Shown: positions 19,101 through 29,000 of the stretch, one piece after another
How positions within the stretch are numbered: position 1 is the stretch's first letter
How the letters are laid out: each line of letters begins with the position of its first letter
Notes under the pieces: model-generated
Told to the model about the DNA's origin: nothing
The model's input: only the letters and a program-made list of their open reading frames with translations
Database searches by the model: none
Virus record (IMG/VR): IMGVR_UViG_3300023174_005338
Span: 124,001 to 188,000 of that record
Length of the DNA: 64,000 bases
Reading direction: 5' to 3' (one strand)
Translations under genes and position numbers: made by a program

Positions 19101-21670
19101 ACGCACCTAAATTTGACACCAGCAAAGACCAAGCGGCCTATGCGGCACAAAATCCCTACTATCAAGCATACCTGGACGCTGTTGATGCAGTCGAGCTAGA
19201 ACTGGATGAATCAGTGGAATACAGTGTGAGCCGTGAAGACGAATACTGGGACGAAGCCTTGGATGATTACCGCGACAACTATTCCGGCGATGATGACAGT
19301 TTCTTTAGTGATGTGGGCCTGCGCTGGATGAGCGACATTGCCAACGAGTTTGGCCTGGATTGGCCTGTTTGGAACATGGACAGCGACCGCAACAACGGTT
19401 CACGCAGTTGGGAAGACATTGGTAGCGAACTACAGGCAGTGGTAGACATGCCAGTTGTGGTCAGCGATAACTATCATTCAACCCGTCGTAGACCCGGTCA
19501 GTGGATCATAGAACCCGACGGCAGTTTACATCCCGACGATCAAAGCGAAGAAGCTGGCTTGGAAATAGTCAGCCCACCCATGCCCTTGCTCACAGCCATT
19601 GAAAAATTAAAACAAGTCACGGACTGGGCCAATGATCCCAACGGTGGCAACGCTTATACCAATGGTACCACTGGCTTGCACATGGGCGTGAGCCTGCCTC
19701 GGTTTACCTCCGAAGATGCTGATTCAGATGCTGGCATAGACTATGTGAAACTGATCCTGTTCATGGGCGACAAGTATGTGCAACAACAGTTTGGTCGCGA
19801 AGCCAACAACTTCTGTGCCAGTGCCTTGGGCAAACTGCAACAAAACATCAAGGGCAAGAAATCAGATCCCGCAGGTGTGATCGAACTTCTGCGTCATGGA
19901 CTCACAGAACTAGCCTATAAAGAACTGCAAAAAGGTGTGGGCACCAGCAAGTATACTTCAGCACACATACAGGATGGCTACATTGAATTTCGTAGTCCGG
20001 GTGGTGACTGGTTGGCCAAGAGTGACGAAGAGATAGGCATACTAGAAAACACTATGTTGCGTTTTGCTAGAGCCATGGCCATAGCCGGCGACCCCAGTGC
20101 TGATCGCAAAGAATATGCCAAGAAGCTGTACAAGTTGGTCACCCAAGACAATGAACAGTATGCGGACCAACTACGCTTGTTCTCGGAGTTTTCGGCCGGC
20201 ACCATCAACAAAGAACAGCTCAAAAAACAGTGGGCTGATAGTGTGCTACGCAAAGAAATACCCACCACTGGCCAAGAAGAATACGAAGTCTACGATGCAA
20301 ACAAGAGTCGTAGTCCCGAGGGTGTGATCGACACATTCTATGCTCGGGACTACAATGATGCCTATGAGCAGTACACTAAAAAATACGTCAACGACCCTCG
20401 CTGGACACAGACTGATATACGCCTAAAACAACCATGGTTTGATGTGCAAGATGCTACGGGCAAAAACATACTGACCATGCGTGCTCCTGACATTGACAAA
20501 GCCACGCAACGGGTCCAATACGAATATGGCGAGAAGTCCCAGGACTGGAAAGTATATCGCAGACCCGATGAGTCACCTGAGCCAGAAAAGAAACTGAGTC
20601 CACGTGCTCAAGTGGCCAAGCGTATCACAACCAAACCAAAAACTGCGACCCAATTCAACTATGACATAGTGGATCAACGCACTGTAGAGTTGCGGGTAGT
20701 TGACAGGTTCCGTGCCGAAACACCAGCAGAAGCAGAAAAGATTTACAGTCAATGGTTGCAGAGCAAAGACCTGCCCGATGACACTGCCAACTATGGCTAT
20801 CGTAAAAATGCGCAGGCCGCAGACAATCAAAGAGATTCAGCAGATATACAACGCAGACTGGGTGTGCAGGATGTGGACACGGATGTGGCACAGAATTTTG
20901 GTCAGTCACAAGATGCCACACAAAGATCGGGTTCCTGGAGCATATATGATGTTACCCTGGGGCGCGAAATCACTAGGATGGACAATGTTCCATGGCAACA
21001 GGCCAACGATCGTGCCAACGAACTGGAACAAAGCACTGGACATAACATGTCAGTAAGAGGGCTATCTGAATCCATTGATCCCGTCAGCGGTGCTGGTGCT
21101 GTGAGTCCGAGACAAGATCCAAAAAACACGGGCAAGAAAGCTGTTACTCCAGCAGAAAAGGTCTTTAAGAATCCGGTCAAGGGCCAGCCTTACCGCAATG
21201 CCATTGGACAAGCCATCACCCAAAAAGACTTGGAAAACATGACACAACAGATACAAGTGGCCAGGAAGTTAGGCGACAGTGTGATGGAGATGGAAGATAC
21301 TCCGCCCGAAGTGTTGCGAGCATTGGACCAGGCTGCACAAAAAAATGGCTACAAGAACTGGGCAGATGTCAAGGCCAATCCTCGCAGTAGCAGTGCTGTA
21401 ATGACCGTGGCCAAGCTGGCTAACACTATCATGAAGACCACAGGTCCACATCATGAAAAATTGTTTTACAAGAATAAGACAGATGTAGATGAAAACTTTG
21501 CTGACGGAAAAAACCCTGGACGTAAAGGATTGAGCCGCAGGGTAGGTATTCCTAAAAAAGCCACACTGGGACAACTAGAAAAAATAGCCAAAAGTTCTAC
21601 AGGCGAGCGTCGCAAAATGGCACAGTGGCAGTTGAACATGCGTCGTGGAAAGGCAAAGAAAAACAAATGA
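16115..21670 (+). CDS. Giant polyvalent protein (1851 aa): Pol-beta-type nucleotidyltransferase, HExxH metallopeptidase, amidoligase-like domain, repeats
   Basis: GSNA...SDIDL...DVELY; HELTH...ENEANARA; GFEAE...EPDGSL...LEIVSPP...GLHMG...IEFR; TAAATA 16104-16109. Confidence 0.75.
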   Translation: MNIHELDSYDLGDAVKFNDQLNPRLWGADEKMRPEVREQLLKIADDFREFLGIDVEVKDITVSGSNAAYTYTPHSDIDLHLVVDLPKADASEVYRELFDAKKYAYNDMHDIQIGGYDVELYVQDANKQHHSQGIYSIMNNDWVAVPRRRRPDVDDISVKSKFEDLGHRIEAAIKTGDYDKISTMAEKVREYRQAGLDAHGEFGPENLAFKILRTQGLIKQLYDARNAAKDELLSLDERRKKKKRKSVRYGYGAYWYPGTAYAGQDHPAGTEGGDGGGDGGGESIRESVETADEDILRDFVDFCIKELKIKHMPQVKLRRDPQWPAVHRTFGRYNDENKTLEVAWGQRHIMDVLRTVAHELTHKHQHEREGDRMGPDAGETGSPYENEANARAGVLMRDYGRLHPEYFTVGQAQGLSGDSMQETAPIGFVMPGMTTDPVKAWKRQVRDLILQYREDPTRLAALAKEKGPGSAEAVAYAYIRNPTARIPLPPGVEVKESASGYIPTKKQAKDPRFSMALTVDIKPGQVGKEANKLKLKTDRQGHPQIARANGLFEDLMLEYQQFKEKKLFALAAEDYSPDNPPGPEFKPTMPAGTLRVDVSDVYDWYKLGQHIANMKGLGQHDFGKGPPSTIISFGDEDEEHKFIGDLEATGLDVTDIDPRDPVKRPGKTIKTDPTYNVNEFAPTPDRDDNDYVPDQLLILANRWWNATDKQPQIEHVLNSLGWSIAQVESEDDAVQLQHRDGTTYFISADEFDPDLYEVSDQRLQQYLSRAGQQVDRRQERMAQARERLNKGYEIYDAEDPTRIVHRFEADTPQEARRYYEQYNDNYDSDVDYNLRLRRATGLMESEEELDEVKMSPGALEKFATSNAAKGIRAGFEAELIFRDTQGSSDDLDPEPDYDADERAYSIQQVIDFFSNDDYGYGLSDREQMRLTDNLDETYMTWRDEQMISDFRNDAEDLIREKLLDETPLSERIHLYLTDSEQMSDKEADRIIAAGVDAPKFDTSKDQAAYAAQNPYYQAYLDAVDAVELELDESVEYSVSREDEYWDEALDDYRDNYSGDDDSFFSDVGLRWMSDIANEFGLDWPVWNMDSDRNNGSRSWEDIGSELQAVVDMPVVVSDNYHSTRRRPGQWIIEPDGSLHPDDQSEEAGLEIVSPPMPLLTAIEKLKQVTDWANDPNGGNAYTNGTTGLHMGVSLPRFTSEDADSDAGIDYVKLILFMGDKYVQQQFGREANNFCASALGKLQQNIKGKKSDPAGVIELLRHGLTELAYKELQKGVGTSKYTSAHIQDGYIEFRSPGGDWLAKSDEEIGILENTMLRFARAMAIAGDPSADRKEYAKKLYKLVTQDNEQYADQLRLFSEFSAGTINKEQLKKQWADSVLRKEIPTTGQEEYEVYDANKSRSPEGVIDTFYARDYNDAYEQYTKKYVNDPRWTQTDIRLKQPWFDVQDATGKNILTMRAPDIDKATQRVQYEYGEKSQDWKVYRRPDESPEPEKKLSPRAQVAKRITTKPKTATQFNYDIVDQRTVELRVVDRFRAETPAEAEKIYSQWLQSKDLPDDTANYGYRKNAQAADNQRDSADIQRRLGVQDVDTDVAQNFGQSQDATQRSGSWSIYDVTLGREITRMDNVPWQQANDRANELEQSTGHNMSVRGLSESIDPVSGAGAVSPRQDPKNTGKKAVTPAEKVFKNPVKGQPYRNAIGQAITQKDLENMTQQIQVARKLGDSVMEMEDTPPEVLRALDQAAQKNGYKNWADVKANPRSSSAVMTVAKLANTIMKTTGPHHEKLFYKNKTDVDENFADGKNPGRKGLSRRVGIPKKATLGQLEKIAKSSTGERRKMAQWQLNMRRGKAKKNK

Positions 21671-22206
21671 TAATCAATGAAATAATCACCAAAAGTCCAA
21701 GCCGTTATGGTGGAGGAGCTCCTAGCATGTCGGCCCAGCGTATGACCGCTCCGAACACCACTACACCGCGTGGCTTTTCGGATCCAATTTTTGTCAAACG
21801 TGCCAAGCAAGAAAAATACAATCGAGAAAAACAGTTCAAAGCCCTGGCTACTGCCAAAGAGAAGTTTGATTTTTTATATGGCTTGGAAAAAGGAAAAAGC
21901 ACCAACCAGATCCGTATACAAGGACCTAGCAATTTGACATATCACATTCAGCAGTATAATCCAGTCACAGGAGATATAGTGTTGTTACTCAAAGGACTGC
22001 AGTCTGACGATACAATCAAGGGTAACACCAGCAATTTTGTTTACCAAGGGCGACAGGCATCTGGGGCCACTGGACCAAAAATCTATATTTTTATTCCACA
22101 AGATCTGACCACGATCTCGTCTGAGCCCAAGATCAAAAAAACCAACAGAGGCAGGCCCACCGGCCCTGTCAAGAAACAATACAAGTTTCCTCCTAATCCT
22201 TGGTGA
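21667..22206 (+). CDS. Hypothetical basic protein with CTS-like N-terminus
   Basis: MIINEII at ATGA overlap. Confidence 0.6.
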   Translation: MIINEIITKSPSRYGGGAPSMSAQRMTAPNTTTPRGFSDPIFVKRAKQEKYNREKQFKALATAKEKFDFLYGLEKGKSTNQIRIQGPSNLTYHIQQYNPVTGDIVLLLKGLQSDDTIKGNTSNFVYQGRQASGATGPKIYIFIPQDLTTISSEPKIKKTNRGRPTGPVKKQYKFPPNPW

Positions 22207-22211
22207 TATAA

Positions 22212-23396
22212 ATGAGAGCACAAGAGCTGGGATCCGGCAAGCTGGTCATATTTGACATTGATGACACCTTGGTCAACACCGACACTAGAGTCAATGTGGT
22301 GCAGGATGGCCGAGTCATCAAGCAGTTGAACAGCCACGATTTCACACACTACAAACTGGCACCCGGTGAAACATTTGACTTTGGAGCATTCAAGGATGCC
22401 AGAGAGTTCTTTACCAAGGCCCGACCTATTCCTGGCATGATCAAACAGCTAAAGCATGACATAGCCACAGGTAACAGAGTGATCATGCTCACAGCACGCA
22501 GTGACTTCAATGACCGTGATGTGTTCTTGGACACATTCCGCAGATTTGGCATAGACATGGACCGGGTCCACGTATATCGTGCTGGCAATCTTGCCATCAA
22601 AGCGGCCACCGAAGAAAAGAAAAAAATCATACTCAAGCATTTACTGGGCAAAGAGCACTTTGACAAGCTGATCATGTACGATGATTCAGTGCCCAACCTT
22701 AATGCTTTCTTGAGCTTGAAGCAGGATTATCCCTACAGCAAATTTTATGCCTGGCATGTGGACCCCAATGGACAAGCTAGTGAATATCATAGAACCGATG
22801 AAGGACAAGTCATGGAGATCGCACGTATACCTGTGGGAGATTTTGGGGACAAAGACAATCTCATACCCATGAGTGAACCACGCAGTTCACGACCTTTGCC
22901 CGGAGGATCAGGCCTGAGCTATCATGTCAAAAACATGCATAACAAAAAACAAATCACCATGTTTGACCAAGGGCAGTTGGTGGCCGAAATGGATCTCATA
23001 GACAGCATTTATCCGGCCAACACCTGGGAAGTCGAAGGCATAGTGGTAGATCCTGACTACCGAGGTCGTGCCTTGGGCTTGGCCTTGTACGGCATAGCAC
23101 TCAGTGAGCTCCGACTTACCTTGAAAGCGGGCCGCACACAGACCCGCCACGGCAGGGCCATGTGGCTCAAGCTGAATCAGATACCTGGAGTTGAAATACG
23201 TGGAGTAACTCGAGCACGACGCAACCAGTACAAGCCTAGACCCAGCAATGAAATCCTAGCACAAAATCAACAATATGTGTGGTACACTTTTGCTGTGGAA
23301 CCAGGTGCTCAAAGCATGCGCAGCGGTCAGCGCGGAGTGGCCTTGTACAGCTACGACACACCCAGTACCATGATAGCACAGTGGAGAGGCCAATGA
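22212..23396 (+). CDS. HAD-family phosphatase fused to GNAT-like domain, CTS-like N-terminus
   Basis: MRAQEL; IFDIDDTL, MLTARS, MYDDSVPNL; second domain VDPDYRGRALGLALY, QTRHGRAMW. Confidence 0.75.
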   Translation: MRAQELGSGKLVIFDIDDTLVNTDTRVNVVQDGRVIKQLNSHDFTHYKLAPGETFDFGAFKDAREFFTKARPIPGMIKQLKHDIATGNRVIMLTARSDFNDRDVFLDTFRRFGIDMDRVHVYRAGNLAIKAATEEKKKIILKHLLGKEHFDKLIMYDDSVPNLNAFLSLKQDYPYSKFYAWHVDPNGQASEYHRTDEGQVMEIARIPVGDFGDKDNLIPMSEPRSSRPLPGGSGLSYHVKNMHNKKQITMFDQGQLVAEMDLIDSIYPANTWEVEGIVVDPDYRGRALGLALYGIALSELRLTLKAGRTQTRHGRAMWLKLNQIPGVEIRGVTRARRNQYKPRPSNEILAQNQQYVWYTFAVEPGAQSMRSGQRGVALYSYDTPSTMIAQWRGQ

Positions 23397-23581
23397 AAGC
23401 CCGAGAAATATATCCCAAATACAAGTTGTGGACTGCCCCTGTGCGCATACAGCAACCCAACTACGTAGGCTACATTGATGTTACGGTCACAGCCGACAAT
23501 CAGCAGGATGCCCGCAGGCTCATGCGAGCCCAGTATGGGGTGGCCGACTGGCACATAGGTAGCGTAAAGGAAGTGCGATGA
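23393..23581 (+). CDS. Small protein (62 aa), CTS-like N-terminus
   Basis: MKAREI; ATGA overlaps. Confidence 0.65.
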   Translation: MKAREIYPKYKLWTAPVRIQQPNYVGYIDVTVTADNQQDARRLMRAQYGVADWHIGSVKEVR

Positions 23582-24315
23582 GCATCACAGTCACAGGCGG
23601 CACAGCCGTCATAAACGGTGACTACACTGTTCGCACCTTTGAATCATCGGGTACACTCACAGTCTCAGGAGGCACACTGGCCAATGTTCAATACTTGCTT
23701 GTAGCTGGTGGCGGTCAAGCTGCTTTCCCTACCAGCACCTATGTGGCCGGTGGTGGTGCAGGCGGAGCCATGACCGGTAATATCAATTTAAATTCAGGCA
23801 GTTATCCTGTGGTCATTGGTGCCATTGGAAACAACAGCACGTTCTTGAACATGACAGCCATTGGCGGCGGTCAGGGCGGATTTTACGGCAACGGCAGCAG
23901 TGGTGGATCTGGCGGTGGAGGTGGAACCCTGGGTACCACACATATAAATTTTGCAAGTTTTGTTGGCGGAAACGGCACACCCGGACAGGGTTACAACGGT
24001 GGAGCACCCTATGGCGGTGGATATCCACCATTTGGACCAGGTGGGGGCGGTGGCGCAGGCGGTCAAGGCGGCAAAGGCTCACCCGATGGAGTAGGTGGTG
24101 TAGGTGGGCTTGGTCTAGCCAGCAACATAACTGGCAATGTTGTCTATTATGCTGCAGGCGGCAGTGGAATAGGCCCCCAAGGAATTGGCAACAACAATCC
24201 TGGCTACAAGAACTATGGTGCTGGAGGTGGCTATGATATAGCCGATGGTCCCACCTACTATGATCGATTGCCCGCACAGCCCGGTGTGCTCATAATCAGA
24301 TACCCTACACCCTAG
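23578..24315 (+). CDS. Glycine-rich phage protein
   Basis: LLVAGGG...GGGAGG, GGSGGGGG, GVLIIRY pattern. Confidence 0.75.
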   Translation: MSITVTGGTAVINGDYTVRTFESSGTLTVSGGTLANVQYLLVAGGGQAAFPTSTYVAGGGAGGAMTGNINLNSGSYPVVIGAIGNNSTFLNMTAIGGGQGGFYGNGSSGGSGGGGGTLGTTHINFASFVGGNGTPGQGYNGGAPYGGGYPPFGPGGGGGAGGQGGKGSPDGVGGVGGLGLASNITGNVVYYAAGGSGIGPQGIGNNNPGYKNYGAGGGYDIADGPTYYDRLPAQPGVLIIRYPTP

Positions 24316-24339
24316 CAATCGGCACCAGCTAAATACCTT

Positions 24340-24627
24340 ATGAACCGGTATTTTGTACAAGTGCTAGCCGATGTAAACTGCGAATGGGAAGGACTGGATC
24401 CTGTGTATCGCGTGTATGTCAACGAAGAACTATTTGCTGAACGTAGCTGGCGCTGGACTGATGCATATCTGGAAGAAATGTTGCAGATCGAAGCAGAACC
24501 TGGAGAATACCGACTGCGCTGGGAACTGGTACAGCCTTGCCTGGCACGACTCACTGTCAGTAATGTGCGTGTGGATCAGGGTCCAGCAAGCGTAAAAAAC
24601 AATGAACTGCTAAGGATAACTGGATGA
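24340..24627 (+). CDS. Hypothetical protein (95 aa)
   Basis: TAAATA 24330-24335 upstream. Confidence 0.65.
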   Translation: MNRYFVQVLADVNCEWEGLDPVYRVYVNEELFAERSWRWTDAYLEEMLQIEAEPGEYRLRWELVQPCLARLTVSNVRVDQGPASVKNNELLRITG

Positions 24628-24812
24628 GAGCTAGTGAATTTATAGTAGAAACAACTGTAAGCGGCAGTATTGCTTCAGTGGCCATGCCCCTGGGCGGCAT
24701 GATCACAAGAAATGCTGGATCTTTCTTTTCTGGTAAATACTCTAATAGTGCGGATCCGTATCCTAATACACCTGCCTACATGAAAAAAGGAAAAAAGCCT
24801 CGTGCTCGCTGA
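24624..24812 (+). CDS. Small basic protein with CTS-like N-terminus (62 aa)
   Basis: MRASEFIVE then GSIASVAMPLG and a K/R-rich end. Confidence 0.65.
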   Translation: MRASEFIVETTVSGSIASVAMPLGGMITRNAGSFFSGKYSNSADPYPNTPAYMKKGKKPRAR

Positions 24813-25242
24813 TTTGTTAAAAGTTTATCTAGCTTCAACATTTGCTTATTATTTGAAAGCACACTATTTCCACTGGAACGTGGAAGGCCCAGATTTTGGC
24901 CAACTGCACAAGTTTTTCCAAAAAATCTACGAAGATGCGTTTGGAGCTGTAGATCCCATTGCCGAATACATAAGAACCACAGAAGAATATGCACCCGGAA
25001 GTTTTGAACGCTTCCAAGAACTCACACAGATACAGGGACAGACCAAGGTTCCCCGTGCCCGATTAATGTTAGAAGAATTGCTCGCAGACACACAGACCAT
25101 GAAGGACATGAGCAAGCAGTTGTTTGATGCTGCCACAGCCGAAGGTCGTGAAGATGTAGCCAATTTTGCTGCCGAGCGCCAAAGCGCACACGGCAAGTAC
25201 ATGTGGCAGATCCGGAGTTATCTGAAAGACGCAAGGGCATGA
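24802..25242 (+). CDS. dps: Dps/ferritin-like DNA-protection protein
   Basis: HYFHWNVEGPDF..LHKFF..IYE...D.IAEYIR; HGKYMW. Confidence 0.85.
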   Translation: MLADLLKVYLASTFAYYLKAHYFHWNVEGPDFGQLHKFFQKIYEDAFGAVDPIAEYIRTTEEYAPGSFERFQELTQIQGQTKVPRARLMLEELLADTQTMKDMSKQLFDAATAEGREDVANFAAERQSAHGKYMWQIRSYLKDARA

Positions 25243-25245
25243 ACC

Positions 25246-26037
25246 GTGGCACAAGACCATAACGACATCTATACCATTGTGGAAAAACTGGCCATCCTGG
25301 AAGGCCGTATCACTCCCACTGGTGTAAAAAAAGGTCTCAACCCACAACAGCGATCAGTGCCACAGATGCCGGCCCTGTTCAAGCCAAAGACACAAAAAAT
25401 ACTAGGCGGCAATCCCAATGCCAAGAATCCCATGTCAGGCTACATGGTAGGCAGTGATGAAAGTGTGGAACGTGAAGAGGCAGTGCTGGAAGCCGAAATG
25501 GCCGAAGATGTCCTTGAAAAAGTAAAAAAATCATTCAAAGATTTTATCCGACAAGCCGAAGAACAAATCAAAGACAGCGACATCAAAGAAAAGAAACAAG
25601 AAGACACAGATCTCAAAAGCCGAGATGCCAAGGATCGGGATCTCATAGTCAAGGTAGCCCCAGTCGCTGAAGATCCCACTGACAGTGAAGAAGACCAAGA
25701 AGAATGGTACGATGCCAATGGCCGTCCCGACGAATATGGTTGTTATGATGCCGGCGGCCACTATCATGCCGAACGTGAGTCAGACATGGATGCTGGATAC
25801 GATGCTTACAAAGAGCGCAATTGGACTGACGAATCAGCTCCAGTTAAAACTTTAACCAACGAGTGTGGCCTTTGGGAAATGCATGGCAACGAGCGTGATG
25901 GCTTTGAAATTCGTCGGGCTGGTCGTTGCTTACCTACCCGCTTTAAGAATTTAGACGAAGCCGAGATGGCTGTAGAAATGTTCGCACATCGCCGCAGAAT
26001 GGCCGACGAGTCACAAGATTACCTGGATGAAGAATAA
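25246..26037 (+). CDS. Acidic modular hypothetical protein
   Basis: GTG start; several hydrophobic-x-E junctions. Confidence 0.65.
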   Translation: MAQDHNDIYTIVEKLAILEGRITPTGVKKGLNPQQRSVPQMPALFKPKTQKILGGNPNAKNPMSGYMVGSDESVEREEAVLEAEMAEDVLEKVKKSFKDFIRQAEEQIKDSDIKEKKQEDTDLKSRDAKDRDLIVKVAPVAEDPTDSEEDQEEWYDANGRPDEYGCYDAGGHYHAERESDMDAGYDAYKERNWTDESAPVKTLTNECGLWEMHGNERDGFEIRRAGRCLPTRFKNLDEAEMAVEMFAHRRRMADESQDYLDEE

Positions 26038-29000
26038 TGTTAAGCCTAGATTTATTTAATTCACGATATGAGAAAAAATTGCACGAAGGTGCAGTAGATG
26101 ATGCAGAATATGCTCGCCTTAAAAAACTTGGCGAAAAGATTGATTACCTAAAACAAGCACGGGCCAAGACCACGGATGCCGAAATGCAACGTGCCATAGA
26201 TGGGCGTATCAAAGAATACAACGACGAACGCATGGAGATTCTCAGTGTGCGTGGCATGAAAGAAGCCGAACAACCCACACAACGTCCCAGCAAACAAGAT
26301 CCATTCGCTTATGTCAAGCCTGATCCCCAAGGAATTGGTGACACGCAAGATCCTAAACAAAAGATGGCGCAGTTGACACAACGGGCCAAGAAAGGTCACC
26401 TGGCCAATGTAGGTGCAGGCATCAAGGCTTTTATCAAAGGCGAACCCGAGCCCATGGACGAAGAACAACAAACAGTAAATCCTCGTGCTCTAGGTGTGGC
26501 CAATTTCCAACGCCTGGTCAAGGCCAACATGGGCAACATCCCCACTGTGAATTTGGAATTCATCCGACCCGAAGAAAACTTCAAATTAGATCAAAAAGGT
26601 CTAGATCTGATCAGTGATTATTACGATGGCCTGGAAAGTGACCAAGCCAAAAATTATTTCATCTATCGTGTGTTGCCCAGTGGTGACGAAACTAAAAAAA
26701 TCCTCAAACAACTAGGTTGGACCACACAACAAGTACAACCATCCTTGCCCGGCATACCCACACAGGGCGAACTGCCGTTGCAAGAAAAAAAAAAGTCTAA
26801 CAACGACGATCTAGAAGCCGGTGATGTCAAGGTAGCACGCGAATTACAAAAATTACGTGCGAGATATCCTGCTGTGCGTAGCGACATTGAAGCTGTGGCC
26901 AGTGCAGAAATAGACAGCACAGAACGCAGTCAACAACAACTGGCAGCCATACGTGGTGCCAATGACAAACAAGATGCCCTACTCAAACAGTTGGTTGATC
27001 TGGACAAACAACAAGGTCGCGAAATTGACGGCTTAGACAAAGAAAACAACAGTTTGGAACAACGCCTAGCACAGGTACAGGCCACCAATGATCGACTGCA
27101 ACAGACCATTGGTCAAATGACCGGCACCAAAAAAGCTGCCACTAAAACCAAAACAACTGCGCCACAAGGCTCTGCTGACGTGGCCCAGGGCGGCATAATT
27201 GATGTGGGTGCTCCAATGGCATCAATGCCCAATGCAACTACAGTGGCACCGGCGTCCAACACAACATCGACGACCAGCAATAAAGCTATGAAATACACGT
27301 CTCAACAAATACAAGGACTTGGTCAAGTAGCACCTGATATTAGAGGTAAAGCCGCTAATGATGGTGATCAACAAACAAAAAAAGTTTCAGGATCTGACAT
27401 CGAGGAACACGGTGGTGGCATAGGTCCCCGGCAACACTGGCAAGACCTCATGCAGGAAGGTCAACCACAAGAACTCATACATCGCTATCTGGCCATCAAC
27501 GCAGAAACCGATGTAGATGCTGTCAGAAAGGCCATACAGGCCATCAGTAGGGATCCTGCCTTGGGTGCAAACAGCAAAGCTCGACTACTGGGACAGATTG
27601 GCATGATAATCAAGCGGCATCGCTTGCCCATTGGTAGATCATACTATCAGTTCATGCAACAGTACATGGAAGAACAAAGTGTCACTGAAACAGTAGAAAA
27701 TGTTCGAGCAGGCATGGCTCGAATATATCGCCGCCTGGCACCTAAAATCGAACGCCATCGTGACAGCTTCCTTGCCGGCCAACTGTATGACGAGTTGGAA
27801 AACTATGCTGAACTGCATGGTGCCGAAGGCGAGTTCAAACGCATGATGGCCACGGCTAGGAATAGTGCGCACATGGAATATGACACCAATCCTGGTGGTT
27901 TCCAAAACTGGTTCTGGTTCCTGCCGTTTGAAGACAACGATGTGGATGAGGCTATCAGCAAAAAAGACTTGCTTGCTAAACTACAAAAGAATTTGCCAAA
28001 AGTCAATGATCCAAAAAACAAACACGCCAAACCAGTTAACTGGACCGGTGCTGGTAAAGATGATTATGGATACACAGGTTATCAAGGCCACGGTATGCCC
28101 ACTGATAAACAAGAACGAGCTCGTATCCGTGCTGATAAGAAAAAAGGTGTAGCGGAAGGTACCGATGATATCAAAAAGAAAATGTCCAAGTTGGAAGCAC
28201 TGGCTCTGGCGGCCAATCGTGCCGGTGATGATGCAAAATGCAAAATGTATCAGCAAAAGATCCAATCACTCAAACAAAAACTGTCGCAAAGCATGGCAGA
28301 AGGCTGGAGTGATCAGGGCAACCCCACCCCTTATTCAGTCTACATCGACGGACGTGAATGGCGTGCCTACAAGAGTGATGATCATGCCCGTGCTGTGGCA
28401 GAAAAAGTTCGGGCCAATTTAAAACGCCAAGGTCGCGATCAAACAGTTACCATAGCACCCAGCAAAACTAAAAAGGTACAGGAAGATTTTGGCATGCCTG
28501 GCACAACAATTCCACGCAAGAGTCTCATACAAGGCTACACAGTGTTTTGGAATCCTACTACACAAGTGGTCAGTGTCACACGTGGTGGCGACAGCGAAGA
28601 AGCGGCCATTGAACAAGCAAGAGTTGGCACACCTAGCATGAAGAATTTCCGCCAAGCGGCTGACAGATTGATTGACAGGATAGAAAGCGATTTAACAGAA
28701 AACTTAACCCGCGAACCGCGCACAGCTCGTGAACGTGATGAAATGATCGACAAGATACGCAGAATGATGACGCAGGATCGAAATCCGGCCAATCTACAGA
28801 TCATGAAGAAGGATATAGAAATCCTGCAGACCAGGTATCGTGATCTCAAGGAAGACAGCGACAGTGGTAAAGCAGTGGAAATGGCCATCATGCGCAGAAT
28901 GTTGGTGGCACACACTGATCTCATAGTAGAATTTGGTCTGGACAAGGTAGTCGATGCCATAGAAGAAGTGGCCTACAACGTGGGTGACACTGACGAGATT

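Noticed and set aside
23794-24360. Antisense ORFs over the Gly-rich gene
   Set aside because: GGN codon runs keep antisense frames open.
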